Source: Octopus bimaculoides (lineage: Eukaryota). From it: a stretch of 64,000 nucleotides of DNA. Shown in pieces: positions 12,690-23,470 of this stretch (position 1 is its first letter; the number at the start of each line of letters is the position of its first letter). The translations under genes were made by a program, and so were the position numbers. The DNA is taken from NCBI RefSeq assembly GCF_001194135.2, contig NC_068985.1:2843070-2907069 (forward strand). Reading direction: 5' to 3'. The notes beneath the pieces were generated by a model. It ran no database searches. It was not told where the DNA came from and saw only the letters and a program-made list of their open reading frames with translations.

Positions 12690-13385
12690 ATTCAAATAAA
12701 GTAGCCCTGAAAAGGGCTTTAATGCATTCCCAGAGTATATAGAACTTAGGAGGAAATACTAATAAGGTATGTATACCAAAATCGTGAAGCATGTTACGTA
12801 ACAACAGGCTAATCAGATATGAGATGATAACAATTCAAATAACTCTGAAAAGGGCTTTTGTGCGTTCCCAGAGAATATTACCCTCAGCAGCGCTGGTGTT
12901 GGTATATTCGTGAATAAGTTACTAACCGAAATAAGTGGATCTATTGTTTAGGAAAATACTATTTACTTGTTTAAGCGTTGTGCTGGATAAATTGCAAAAA
13001 TAACTCTAACAGTTCAAATACTAAGAAATAAGCATACTCAATTTCATTTTCACCAAATAATTTAGGAAAATGAATGGGTTATTTCCCTTGGCTATATATA
13101 AGGATCTTTTCAAGGGCTGAATGGGTTATTTCCCTTGGTTTTTAAAATAAAATTTATTAGATATATATAAGGATCCCTTCCAGAGGCGAATGGGTTATTT
13201 GCCTTGGATGTTAAAATAAAATATATTAGTTATATATAAGGATCCCTACCAGGGGCCTTACCGATTTATTTCAATCGGAGTATGCCAAGAGGTTTCCAGA
13301 CATGAGTTCTACTCACATGTCAAGTTTCATCAAAATCGATAAAACGCTGTAGGAGTTAGCTAACAACTCCACAAACACAACCACA
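12690..13385. mobile_element. Probable non-autonomous DNA element with internal subrepeats
   Basis: Two copies of AATTCAAATAA...CTGAAAAGGGCTT...TTCCCAGAG, three copies of AATGGGTTATTT[C/G]CCTTGG...TATATATAAGGATC (13074-13255) and a CAAGTTTCATCAAAATCG motif. TIRs not identified. Confidence 0.45.
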
Positions 13386-13409
13386 GACAGATTCCCACAT
13401 ATGTAGTAG

Positions 13410-13500
13410 CTTCAGGCACTCAACTATGAGTCCACCTGTCTTGTAGCAGAAACAACTGTAAGCTGATGAAGTTCATAAGATAATCATTTATTCCTTTGCT
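13410..13500. repeat. Dispersed repeat, copy 1 (copy 2 at ~37895-37985)
   Basis: GCAGAAAC(A/G)(A/G)CTGTAAGCT(G/A)ATGAAGTTC(A/T)TAAGATAATCATTTATTCCTTTG is shared by both loci. Confidence 0.7.
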
Positions 13501-14939
13501 ATCTCATTTTCTTATGTATGACATATATATATATATATATAATTATATATATTTCCCTTCTCACTATCAGTGATGTGTGTGTGTGTGTAAGAGTTATTTA
13601 GACTACTTCATCAGCAGAATGTAAATGAAAAGAGAAACGTGATAGACAAAAGGTTTACATTTGCAAGTGAAATTACCATGCAAAACCTTTAGCCTGAGAC
13701 TGTATCTCCTCCTTTTCTCTATTTCTCTTTTATAATTGTCTGTATGTCAACATATAATACACACAACAAAAGACACATGCATACACACACAGAAATGTGT
13801 GCAACATGCACAAATATTTGTTTTTATACAAATAAAAAAATCAATTTGTAGACAATATAAGTTTTAAAATATGCAATTTATTTTGAAGGCAAGACGTTTT
13901 CCATGATGAACTGAGAGTTCATCTCTGACTAGCTTCTATAAGGCTTCTTTCTTGCAGATGGAGAGATCTTTACAAGCAGGTTATTTTAAACTGTTACTAT
14001 ACATTGTACTTCTATGCATAAATAGACACAAGATGGACTAGGCCATTAATCATTTCTTGTATATTTCGCTACACATGACAACATTGAGTAAATACCTTTG
14101 TCCGATATACAGGAAAATCATAGCCAAGGGCTGGATATCATTTCAATAGAACAATAAATGTATCGGAGAAATATGGGTTTGGCAATTGATTTCAAATAAT
14201 GTATCTCTCAGCAAACTAGTGCTTCGAGTGATTTAAATGCAATGAAATAATGGAAAAGTCATAAAATGCAACCTCAAAAATAATGGACAACAGAGCAAAC
14301 TTTAAGAAATCTGTAAGTTTCATGGCGAAAAGAATTTCAGAAATAATATTGCTGTTGACAAATTAATTCAATCTTTTTTGTCACATTTAAAAAGCAACAG
14401 AATGAAATACTTGAGAGTATTGTGACAGCTAAAAAATAAACTGCGAAGGTTGAATACACATTTGATGGCCTCTGTGATGGCCTGTTATGAAAGGAATTAT
14501 GAAAAGTTATTTACAAGGACTAAAAGTTGATATGTAGAAACCAAAAACAAAATGTCTAAAAGCAGTCACTGTAAAATTCCCAGCATGCCATGGAGAAAAC
14601 ATACGAGAAGAGTGAAAGGGAAAGAAACATTTAGTCCTTTGAAAAAAAATATTTTGCTCTATCAAAGATAATTTGAGATAAGAATGAATGATGACAACTG
14701 AATATTTATATATTCAAAGAAAAAAGATGAAAAGTATACATATCAGGTAAAGCATGAAAACAACATCTGCAAAAGGAGAAAATTCAGGAGTAATGAAGGT
14801 TGAAACAAGAAATAAAAGAATATAGGACAATCATGAGAAAAAGCTATTTAATAAAGCCAGTAACACAAAGCTAACAGGAAATTATTATTATCATTATTAT
14901 TATTAGCAGCAGCAGCAGTAGTAGTAGTAGTAGTATGAT

Positions 14940-15300
14940 CCATCATGTTTGTTTGATTCCAGGATTAGAAAGAAGATGAAAATAAATAAAAAAAATACGA
15001 TCTCTTAAAATTTGAAATTGCAAAAATTTGGAGTTTGGAAACTGTAAAGGTTGTGTCTATAAAAATTGGTGCATTGGGAACTGTAAGTAAAGATATAAGA
15101 CAAATGGTTGAAGGAGATTGGAATATAATGTCCTGTAGAGCTTCTGCAGAAAGTTTGCCTCTTAGGTACAAGAAAGATTATCAGGAGGGTTCTAAGCACT
15201 TGAAAGACTACTGAAAGCTTGTGGATACCTAAGGTTACCTAGGTAGTAACCTGCCACCCACATAAGTTCTACCAGGGAAAAGAACAAACCCGAATCAAAT
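14940..15300 (+). mobile_element. 3' end of R4/Dong-type non-LTR retrotransposon (restriction-like endonuclease)
   Basis: SCLFDSRIRKK..KKYDLLKFEIAKIWSLETVKVVSIKIGALGTVSKD...IGI.CPVELLQKVCLLGTRKIIRRVLST*; followed by (AAT)n. Confidence 0.75.
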
Positions 15301-15320
15301 CAATAATAATAATAATAAAA

Positions 15321-15975
15321 GCCCTGATGCAGTACTAGGCAGTGGATTTCATGGCTTCTGGTCTTAACTGACTGGGAGTGTTATCATGTACATTGTTTAG
15401 TCTTGGTATCAAAGATGGCCTACAGCAAATATTCTGGTTAATACCACAGATTTGCTTGCCAGTCGTTTGACCTTAACCAGTTGAGCATGTCCCTTGGTGG
15501 CTGACAATATGTGCATCTCTGATCATGGGCAGAAGTAGTGGGGGAGCATCATAGCCATGTGTTGAGAGGAATTCTTTGAGGNNNNNNNNNNTGGTGGCTG
15601 ACAATATGTGCATCTCTGATCATGGGCAGAAGTAGTGGGGGAGCATCATAGCCATGTGTTGAGAGGAATTCTTTGAGGTTTGAATAATTCACCTCTGGAA
15701 ACATAGGCGTTTCATTCATCATCCTTAAAACAAACCTTATTCAGGGACCTTTTGAACGGGATGGGTTACTTGACCTGAAGAAAATTCTAACTGGGCCCCA
15801 CCTGCAAGGTCATGAACTGTTTATCTTCATATAAGATCACCATGTCGCATACATGTGGTTGTTATGCATGTGCCTAGTGTACCTTTATCAGACAGGTAGT
15901 CATGATGGGTAAACTGGGCTTCATATAACTCTACCCCAGTGTCACGTTGATGGCAGGTACTGCTCTCTCACTCAA
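15321..15975. mobile_element. Non-coding interspersed element flanked on both sides by (TAA)n
   Basis: Starts GCCCTGATGCAG after AATAATAATAATAATAAAA and ends CTCTCTCACTC before AATAATAAAAATAATAATAATG. Single copy here; recalled as a common octopus repeat but not verified. Confidence 0.5.
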
Positions 15976-16008
15976 TAATAAAAATAATAATAATGATAAT
16001 AATAAACA

Positions 16009-16440
16009 TTCAGACTGACAGAGTAACAGAAGCTAGAAGGTCTGATTTGGTAGTAGTCGATAAAGAGAAGAGAAAGTTAATATGAGAGGTATAGAAAGGA
16101 TAGATAATTGATGTTGCATGCCTCTTTGATCCACAAATAGTCACAAAGGAAGGCAAAAGGAAAGTACAATCCTCTCAAGTACAAGATAGCCTGACTATGG
16201 AAAATGAAGAAGGAGAAGATAGTGCCAGTTATTGTTGGGCCCTTGGGGATAGTATCAGAAGGTATCAAGAGGAATATAAGGGAAATCGGAATAAAGTGCC
16301 AAGTAGAGCTGTTACAAAAGGTTTGCCTCTTTGGCATGGTCAGAATCCTAAGGAAAGTTATCAGTTGAAAAGAACAGAAAACATGGTACCATAGGCTGCA
16401 GGCTGCAAGCCACTATGCATGCAAAACTCCAAGAGTTCTA
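16009..16440 (+). mobile_element. Second R4/Dong-type 3' end (PD-(D/E)xK restriction-like endonuclease)
   Basis: QTDRVTEARRSDLVVVDKEKRK...IIDVAC.FD...KYNPLKYKIA*LWKMKKEKIVPVIVGALGIVSEGIKRNIREIGIKCQVELLQKVCLFGMVRILRKVIS*, with frameshifts. Confidence 0.8.
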
Positions 16441-16474
16441 ACAAATTTTAGTTAAAAGAATGATGGTGATGATT

Positions 16475-16672
16475 TTGGCACAAGGCTAGGAATTTGTAGG
16501 GGAGGGGATAAGTCAGTTACAATGACCCCAGTCCACAACTGGTACTTATTTTATCAACCCTGAAAGGATGAAAGGTAAAGTCAACCTTGGTGGAATTTGA
16601 ATTCAAAACGTAAAGTTGGGAGAAATGTTATGAACAGTTTTGTTCAACATGCTAACAATTTTGCCAGCTCGT
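16475..16672 (-). mobile_element. SINE family B copy
   Basis: ACTGGTACTTATTTTATCAACCCTGAAAGGATGAAAGGTAAAGTCAACC...GAATTTGAATTCAAAACG is the reverse of the family core CTTTCATCCTTTCGGGGTCGATAAAATAAGTACCAG. Confidence 0.8.
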
Positions 16673-17392
16673 TGCAATAATAATAATAGTAATAGTAACA
16701 ACAACAACAACAACTGGAGATTTTTAAAGACAAATCCCCATGCTGCATTTGGCAGATGAGCTAATGACAAATAAATAACATAAATGTGTTTTCAATTTCA
16801 ATTTTCAAAATGCCAATATTTTGACCCAGCAATTAATTATTAATTAATTTTAATGAAACACAGAGTACATGGTTCATGACTCATGAAAAACCTGGCTGCA
16901 TGTATCATAGTACATACTTGCATAAAAATACTTTGCTCTGTTTGCCAAATACTAAAACTGGCATCAAATGAATAGCTGCACTTTTTTGCCAACAAATTAG
17001 CAAAGCCAAGAGAGAATTTTCAGCTTCAACAGTCTCAGAACACCATAAGTTAAGCAAGCTTTTTACAGGGAAGGTGCCTGATATATCTTTTATCTCATTT
17101 GCCTGCAGGCATTATTATAATCATAGACATATTGCAATATCTTCTGTTGGATGAACATAAAACAAAAGAAAAGTGGGAGAGGAGCTGATACAAATGCAAT
17201 TCAGAGTTGTCATAGTAACATGATCAGCTTCACTTGTGGCACTGTGCAATATTATTTATGCCAAAAAAATGGAAACAATACCATATAGGACACAACCAAA
17301 TTTACTGACCTCACTTTCTTTGTTTAATTTTCATTGGGGAAGATTGAGTGGTGGGGAGACCAAACTGTTGAATTTACAAAAATATTATGCTC

Positions 17393-17535
17393 TTTTACTC
17401 TTTTACTTGTTTCAGTCATTTGACTGTGGCCATGTTAGAGCACCGCCTTTAGTCAAGCAAATCGGCTCCAGGACTTATTCTTTGTAAGCCTAGTACTTAT
17501 TCTATCGGTCTCTTTTGCCGAACCGCTAAGTTACA
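17393..17535 (-). mobile_element. SINE family A 3' half (runs into gap)
   Basis: Near-identical to 5065-5190. Confidence 0.85.
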
Positions 17536-17889
17536 NNNNNNNNNNNNNNNNNNNNNNNNNNNNNNNNNNNNNNNNNNNNNNNNNNNNNNNNNNNNNNNNN
17601 NNNNNNNNNNNNNNNNNNNNNNNNNNNNNNNNNNNNNNNNNNNNNNNNNNNNNNNNNNNNNNNNNNNNNNNNNNNNNNNNNNNNNNNNNNNNNNNNNNNN
17701 NNNNNNNNNNNNNNNNNNNNNNNNNNNNNNNNNNNNNNNNNNNNNNNNNNNNNNNNNNNNNNNNNNNNNNNNNNNNNNNNNNNNNNNNNNNNNNNNNNNN
17801 NNNNNNNNNNNNNNNNNNNNNNNNNNNNNNNNNNNNNNNNNNNNNNNNNNNNNNNNNNNNNNNNNNNNNNNNNATATATATATATATAT

Positions 17890-18050
17890 ATACACACCAG
17901 AGTAAGCACATGTGAAACAAGGTGGGAAAAATAGCACTGAAATACCAGAGGTAGAGTAATATGATTTATTATTAAACCTGCAAAAATATCACAAAAATGC
18001 CCCCAAAAATTGTTACTCGGAGTAGTCTCACATTCCAGTTGTGATTAAGA
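17890..18050 (-). mobile_element. Penelope-like pseudo-LTR fragment (homolog of 46250-46400)
   Basis: GAGTAAGCACAT-GTGAAACAAGGTGGGAAAAA...ATACCAGAGGTAGAGTAAT matches the reverse complement of 46330-46398. The PLE assignment is inferred from the hammerhead core in the other copy. Confidence 0.5.
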
Positions 18051-18359
18051 ATCTGGGCAGAGCCTCAATATGGCCAGAGTCTAATTACAAATATGGGGAA
18101 AAGATAAAAGATACAACACACAGCCACACAAATCCTTATCAGCATCATTTACCATTTGCTCTCCATGCTGGGGATTCGAAGGACGACTTCCCTTTGAAAA
18201 TGCTGCTAGGGAACAGAAAGTGTGTCAATAGCCAGGTAGGAGATGTCTTCCTGGGGCTACAAGCCACAATAGCATCAACCCTTGAAGGTCAGCCACATTT
18301 AGGTGGCAAATAATATACTTCACGATGTCAAGCAGTTTATACCTTGCTCAGAGATTTAT

Positions 18360-18398
<39 letters not shown>

Positions 18399-18425
18399 AT
18401 ATAATATATATATGCACACACACAC

Positions 18426-18480
<55 letters not shown>

Positions 18481-18499
18481 CACACAAACACATATATAT

Positions 18500-19540
18500 A
18501 TAAACTTAGATATATTTCGACCAAAGATTGGTCCAGGCCATGTCTAACTTAATAGCACCACCTGATAGGATTATCTAAATCATTTTTAAGTCAAGTTTTG
18601 TTTATGGTCCATTCAAGTAGTGAGGTATATCCAGGTATGGGTGGCTTGTCTGGAATTCCTTGAAGAAATTTGTCCAGACAGGATCCTTTTCTTCTTTTAT
18701 CTGTTTCGTGACAATGTTAAACAGGGCAGGGCCTGTTGAGGAAAAGAAATGTACCTATATGTTGTGTAGTGTACCTACATATTGTGATCCTGAATTGGGC
18801 AGGGGACGTATGGCCCGTGGTCTCAGCCTTGGATGAACCTTGAAACTAATGTTCAGGTCGTTTGGGCAATGCTGGTGGTATATTCTCCACATCATACAAA
18901 TGATGTACCGCTCGCGGCGACGCTGTAGAGAGTAGAACTTCAAGGCTTCAAGGTGGTCCTATTAATCGAGATCAGTCATGCCTTCAATTCGTTTGGTGAG
19001 TGCCCTCTGGGGTGATTCAATCCTCGAGATGTTTTGTTTTGTATGGGGAGACCACAAGGGGCAGCAGTATTCGAGGTGTGGCCGTACAAAGGAGGAGAAA
19101 AGTGGAATGATGACACCTTGTTCTCTGGACCGGAAGGTTCTTAAGATCCAGGAGCTCATCCTACGAGCTATGTTGACCTTATTGTTGATGTGGGCACTCC
19201 AATCGAGATTGTTGCCAACAATTACACCCAGATCTCTGATATTATTGGATGCCGTGAGCAGTTCCCCTGAAGGAAGGGAGTATGGCTGTTTTAATATAGA
19301 CTTTCTTCCAAGATGTATCAGCTCAGATTTTCCCTCGTTCAGCTTCATTTTGTTTTTATCTGCCCATTGACTCACAGCATATAGATCAGACTGGAGTTGG
19401 GTTCGGACTTCTTCTTCATTGATGATTTGCTGGAGCTTAGTGTCATCAGCAAATATTTTCACTTTGCGGTGATTTACGACGCTGGAAAGGTCATTTATGT
19501 AAATTATAAAGAGGAGCGAGCCCATGACAGTCCCCATCTT
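18500..19540 (-). mobile_element. 5'-truncated CR1-clade LINE (RT C-terminal half plus 3' UTR)
   Basis: ORF 18962-19537: GTVMGSLLFIIYINDL...KIFADDTKL...LGV...VRPHLEYCCPLWSP; continues after two nonsense codons (LD**DHLEALKFYSLQRRRERY); ends in (TA)n. Confidence 0.92.
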
Positions 19541-19544
19541 GGAG

Positions 19545-19770
19545 AGTCTGATGCGATATGGACTGTGTGAAGGTCATGATTGCGTCTTTTAGCTCATTAA
19601 TGGTTTTTAGACGATTCTTGTACACTGATCTTTTACTTGCTCTCCAGAAAAAAAGTCTGGTGATGTTAAATGAAGTGATCTTGGTGGCCAAAGTCCCTTA
19701 GAAATAATCCATTCACCAAAAAATTCAGTGTGGAGAGACTTTTTGAACATCCTGTAGGTCTGCCAGATTA
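19545..19770 (-). pseudogene. Tc1/mariner-superfamily transposase C-terminal fragment
   Basis: FFGEWIISKGLWPPRS(L/H)LTSPDFF / WRASKRSVYKNRLKTINELKDAI, resembling WPPRSPDLTPPDFFLWG.LK..VY.N.P.TI.ELK. Confidence 0.8.
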
Positions 19771-19982
19771 AGAATGTCCTTGACCTAAACATCACTAACA
19801 ACATGTAAAGTACAGCACTGATCAGTATAGCCAAAAATACTTTGGTTCAGAATATAAAGGTTTCAAAGTCCACTAACAGAAATGAATAACAGTATAAAAA
19901 GAAGTCTAAGATTGGCAAGCCTGAAACAGCCTTAAAAATTCTTACATGCTGGACCTTGCAAAGTACTGATAATGTACCTTAC

Positions 19983-20330
19983 ATCATCATCGTTTAATGT
20001 TTGTTTTCCATGCTGGCATGAGTTTGACGGTTTGACTGGGGTCTAGGAAGCCAGGAGGCTGCACCAGGCTCCAATTTGATCAGGCAATGTTTCTAACGCC
20101 AACCACTCTGAGAGTGTAGTGGGTGCTTTTTACGTTCCACTGGCACAGGAGCCAGTCTGGGCAAGGGGGTTGGCATCGACCATGTTCGGATGGTGCTTTT
20201 TACGTGCCACCAGCATGGGGAGCCAGTCAGGCGGCGGCACTGGCAACAACCCATGCATGAATGGTGCTTATTGCATGCCACCAGCACGGGAGCCAGTCAG
20301 GTGGCACTGGCATCAACAACAACTACAATT
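19983..20330 (-). mobile_element. SINE family C copy (three internal units, (GAT)n tail)
   Basis: CATCATCATCGTTTAATG...TTCCATGCTGGCATG is the reverse of the tail CCATGCCAGCATGGAAAGCAGACGTTAAACGATGATG. Confidence 0.8.
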
Positions 20331-20636
20331 TCCATTTGATTGTGGTTTGATTTGATTTGATTTTGATGTACTTGACTCAATGGGTCTCCTCAAGCACGGC
20401 ATGTTGCCCGACGATCCAAAGGTACTTTTACAATCAGAGCAAAAAATTATGAATAGGAAAGGAATGTTGAAAACCAATGCAATAAAACCGAAAAACTGCA
20501 GAAAAGAAACTTGCTCCAAATGACAACATCCACCACAGTAGCTATATTATAATGTTAGGAAAATTACACATTTGGTATAAGCAGTGATTTCAGCAACGGT
20601 GTTTATGTATGCATGTGTGCACTTGTACATGTATGT

Positions 20637-20681
<45 letters not shown>

Positions 20682-21108
20682 CTCCCAGAACACTAAACAC
20701 AGTGCTTATCAATACTTAAATATGCTCAAATTAAGAGGCAGGGTGGGAGGAGGATGGAAAGAGAAGGGGAAGCAGAGAGAGACTGTATGGCCCCAAATTT
20801 TGAATCAATAAAAAGTAGCAAATACACAAAAAAGAATATTCAAGTGGGACATGATAAATGTAATGTGATATGGTATTTGTACTGGTGATATATTTGAGCA
20901 GTCAATTATAGATGTAGATGATGTATTTGACTACATAATGATTACAGCAATAAATCAACCAGTTGAACATTGTGTCAGAATCTCGCATCTATACAGTCAG
21001 GTTCCACTTGTGCTCCACTCCAAATATTTATTTTTATATTTTGTTTGTCATCATCAAAACATTAGTATGAACACTATTAATTCCTAGAGAAATACTGTAT
21101 TTAGACCA

Positions 21109-21138
21109 TAACCCTAACCCTAACCCTAACCCTAACCC
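21109..21138 (-). repeat. Interstitial telomere-type repeat (TTAGGG)5
   Basis: Five perfect TAACCC units. Confidence 0.9.
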
Positions 21139-21477
21139 AACAATCATAATCAAGCACCAAACACTTAGCGGAAGGTTACAAGTTTTAATTCAATGATAAC
21201 TGGGTGTATTTTTGTTTTCACCCATTAACTCAAGACCCTCATTCTATTCTTGTTTTCCTCAATCTGTTCCTCCCTTCTTTCAACATAGATCTCAGCACTT
21301 TCAAACATCCTCCCTCTCTAGACACCTATCTTACCCCTTCATTTCCTCATAACACACCCCAAGATAGATTGTAGTGACCAACTATTTTGACTGCAACACA
21401 ACCACCACCACCAATATTATCTATTGTAGCACCTGTAAACTCCACAAGTCCCCATACTTAGGTGAGACTAGCCATCA

Positions 21478-21714
21478 ACAAAGTCTCAACCAGAGTTCAC
21501 ATGACCTCCTAGGGTCTATATAAGATTTAGCTGTTAAAATTAGTGCAATAAATTGGTTATAATTCTACGACACTCAAAATGATTTAGCAATTTTTCACAC
21601 AATTCCTAATAAGTTCTTTTTAAACACTGAATGAGAGCAAGGGTCCAGGAGAGTAAAATAAGGATCAAAGGGGTCCATAGGCAAAAAAAAAAAAAAAATG
21701 GTTGACAACCACTG
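21478..21714. mobile_element. hAT/Charlie-like MITE
   Basis: Right end GGTTGACAACCACTG (reverse CAGTGGTTGTCAACC) and a degenerate left end GTCTCAACCAG; subterminal GGGTCC motifs. Confidence 0.55.
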
Positions 21715-23239
21715 ATCTAGGTACTCAAAGAAGCAATCCCCTTTATGATATTCATAACAGCCAAGCACTCTCCCAAATCATAGCTTGACAATTCAGAAAG
21801 CCACTTCTTCAATTACCCCTTCATATTGTTTAACTCACAAACATGAGGGGAAAACCCCTACTTTTACTCAAGGTACTTCTTAGCCGACTAGTATTAATGA
21901 ACACGTCTTGCTCTTCTAGTTCACCTTTCCTTCTCAAACCTGTTTGTAGTTTGGTAATTCTTGTTCTGAGTTTCATGGTAACCAATAATGTGCAAACAAT
22001 ACTACCTGATAGAAATAATAAAATACTCCCAGCAGACTTGAACAGCTTTATTTATAAGCAGCAGGTCTATAATTTAACCACTTGACCATCATACATCAAC
22101 TGTCTATGCCTATTGCAAAGCGGTATGCATCTATGTATGAGAGAGTAAATATATACACCAAAACTGATGAAGCATTATATAGAAGTAAGAGAGAAAGAGG
22201 AGAGAGAGGCAGAGAGATAAAGCAAAGAATGGCTATTAATAGGAAATAGTGTGAGTGAGCAATCAGGATTTGTATTGATAATAGATAATAGGTAGAGTGA
22301 AGCAGGTATTTTATAACAGAAGGATGCTGTGAAATATTATGAAATATTCATATCCGACCTTCTGCATATGTAAAAATGCAGTGACTGAATGCAAGTACTT
22401 TACAAAATTAATAAGACCAGAGAAAAGAATATTGCTTGGTGTGTATGTATACGCACATATTGAGGCACATGACACGTATGAGCACACTTATGCTTCCTTT
22501 GTGTTTTGGTATTTCTGAGAAAGTATTCAAAATAGTTGAATTTTAGTGCAGATATTAAACATTTACAACAGTAATAGCATTGATACTAATAGGGTGCGTT
22601 TTTCTGTTTCCAAAACACACTGGCCACCATATTATTTCGCTTTGCAACATGATAACAATTATACAAACATGCAATTTGAGAAATTTAAGCAAATATGCTA
22701 CCAATCACCTGAGGTTTGATACTGTTTGTCCTTCTATAATAATTCTACAGACCTAGTCTTACTTCATTTCCAGATTTTAGTGTTAGCTAAACATGTATAG
22801 TTTTTGAGAATAGACATGATTCATGCTACACACACAGACACACTTTAAAACTGCATTTCATCTAATGAATGTAGTTCAAATTACCAACTGCAGCTTGCAA
22901 TCACAGCATAAGTACTAGTAGGTAATATATAGGATGACATTTCCCTTCTTATGATCAGAAAAGGCTTCAATAATTGTCAAGAAACTACCAGAGGTTGCGG
23001 CAATAAGCAAATTAGAATTTCAAAGAAAGTAAAACTGTCTTCTAGTAGGTGTATATGAAAAATTATATAATGAAACTTCTTTGTTCCAATCAACTTCAAT
23101 GGCTTAAATTAGTACTTCAGAGCTGCTATAATCCGATGTGAATATGCCAGTGTTATGTTGCACAACAATTCACCATGAACAAAATTCAAGGGAAATTACA
23201 CAAATACATTATGTACAATATCAACTCAATATCAAAGCA

Positions 23240-23470
23240 ATGAACTGGCAGAATCGCTAGCACACCGGGCGAAATGCTTAGCGATATTTCACATGCCATT
23301 ACATTCTGAGCTCAAATTCTGCTGACGTCGACTTTGCATTTCACCCTTTCGGGGTCAATTAAATAAGTACCAGTTATGCACTGGGGTCGATATAATGAAC
23401 TTAATCTCTTTGTCTGTTCTTGTTTGTCCCCTCTATGTTTAGCCCCCTGTGGGCAATAAAGACATAGATA
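23240..23470 (+). mobile_element. SINE family B copy
   Basis: GAACTGGCAGAATCGCTAGCACACCGGGCGAAATGCTTAGC...CTTTCGGGGTCAATTAAATAAGTACCAG. Confidence 0.85.

Noticed and set aside
14050-14860. Non-LTR RT remnant (also 54930-55400)
   Set aside because: Only isolated words (GLAIDFK; LFWR..AAWM); clade and boundaries cannot be supported.
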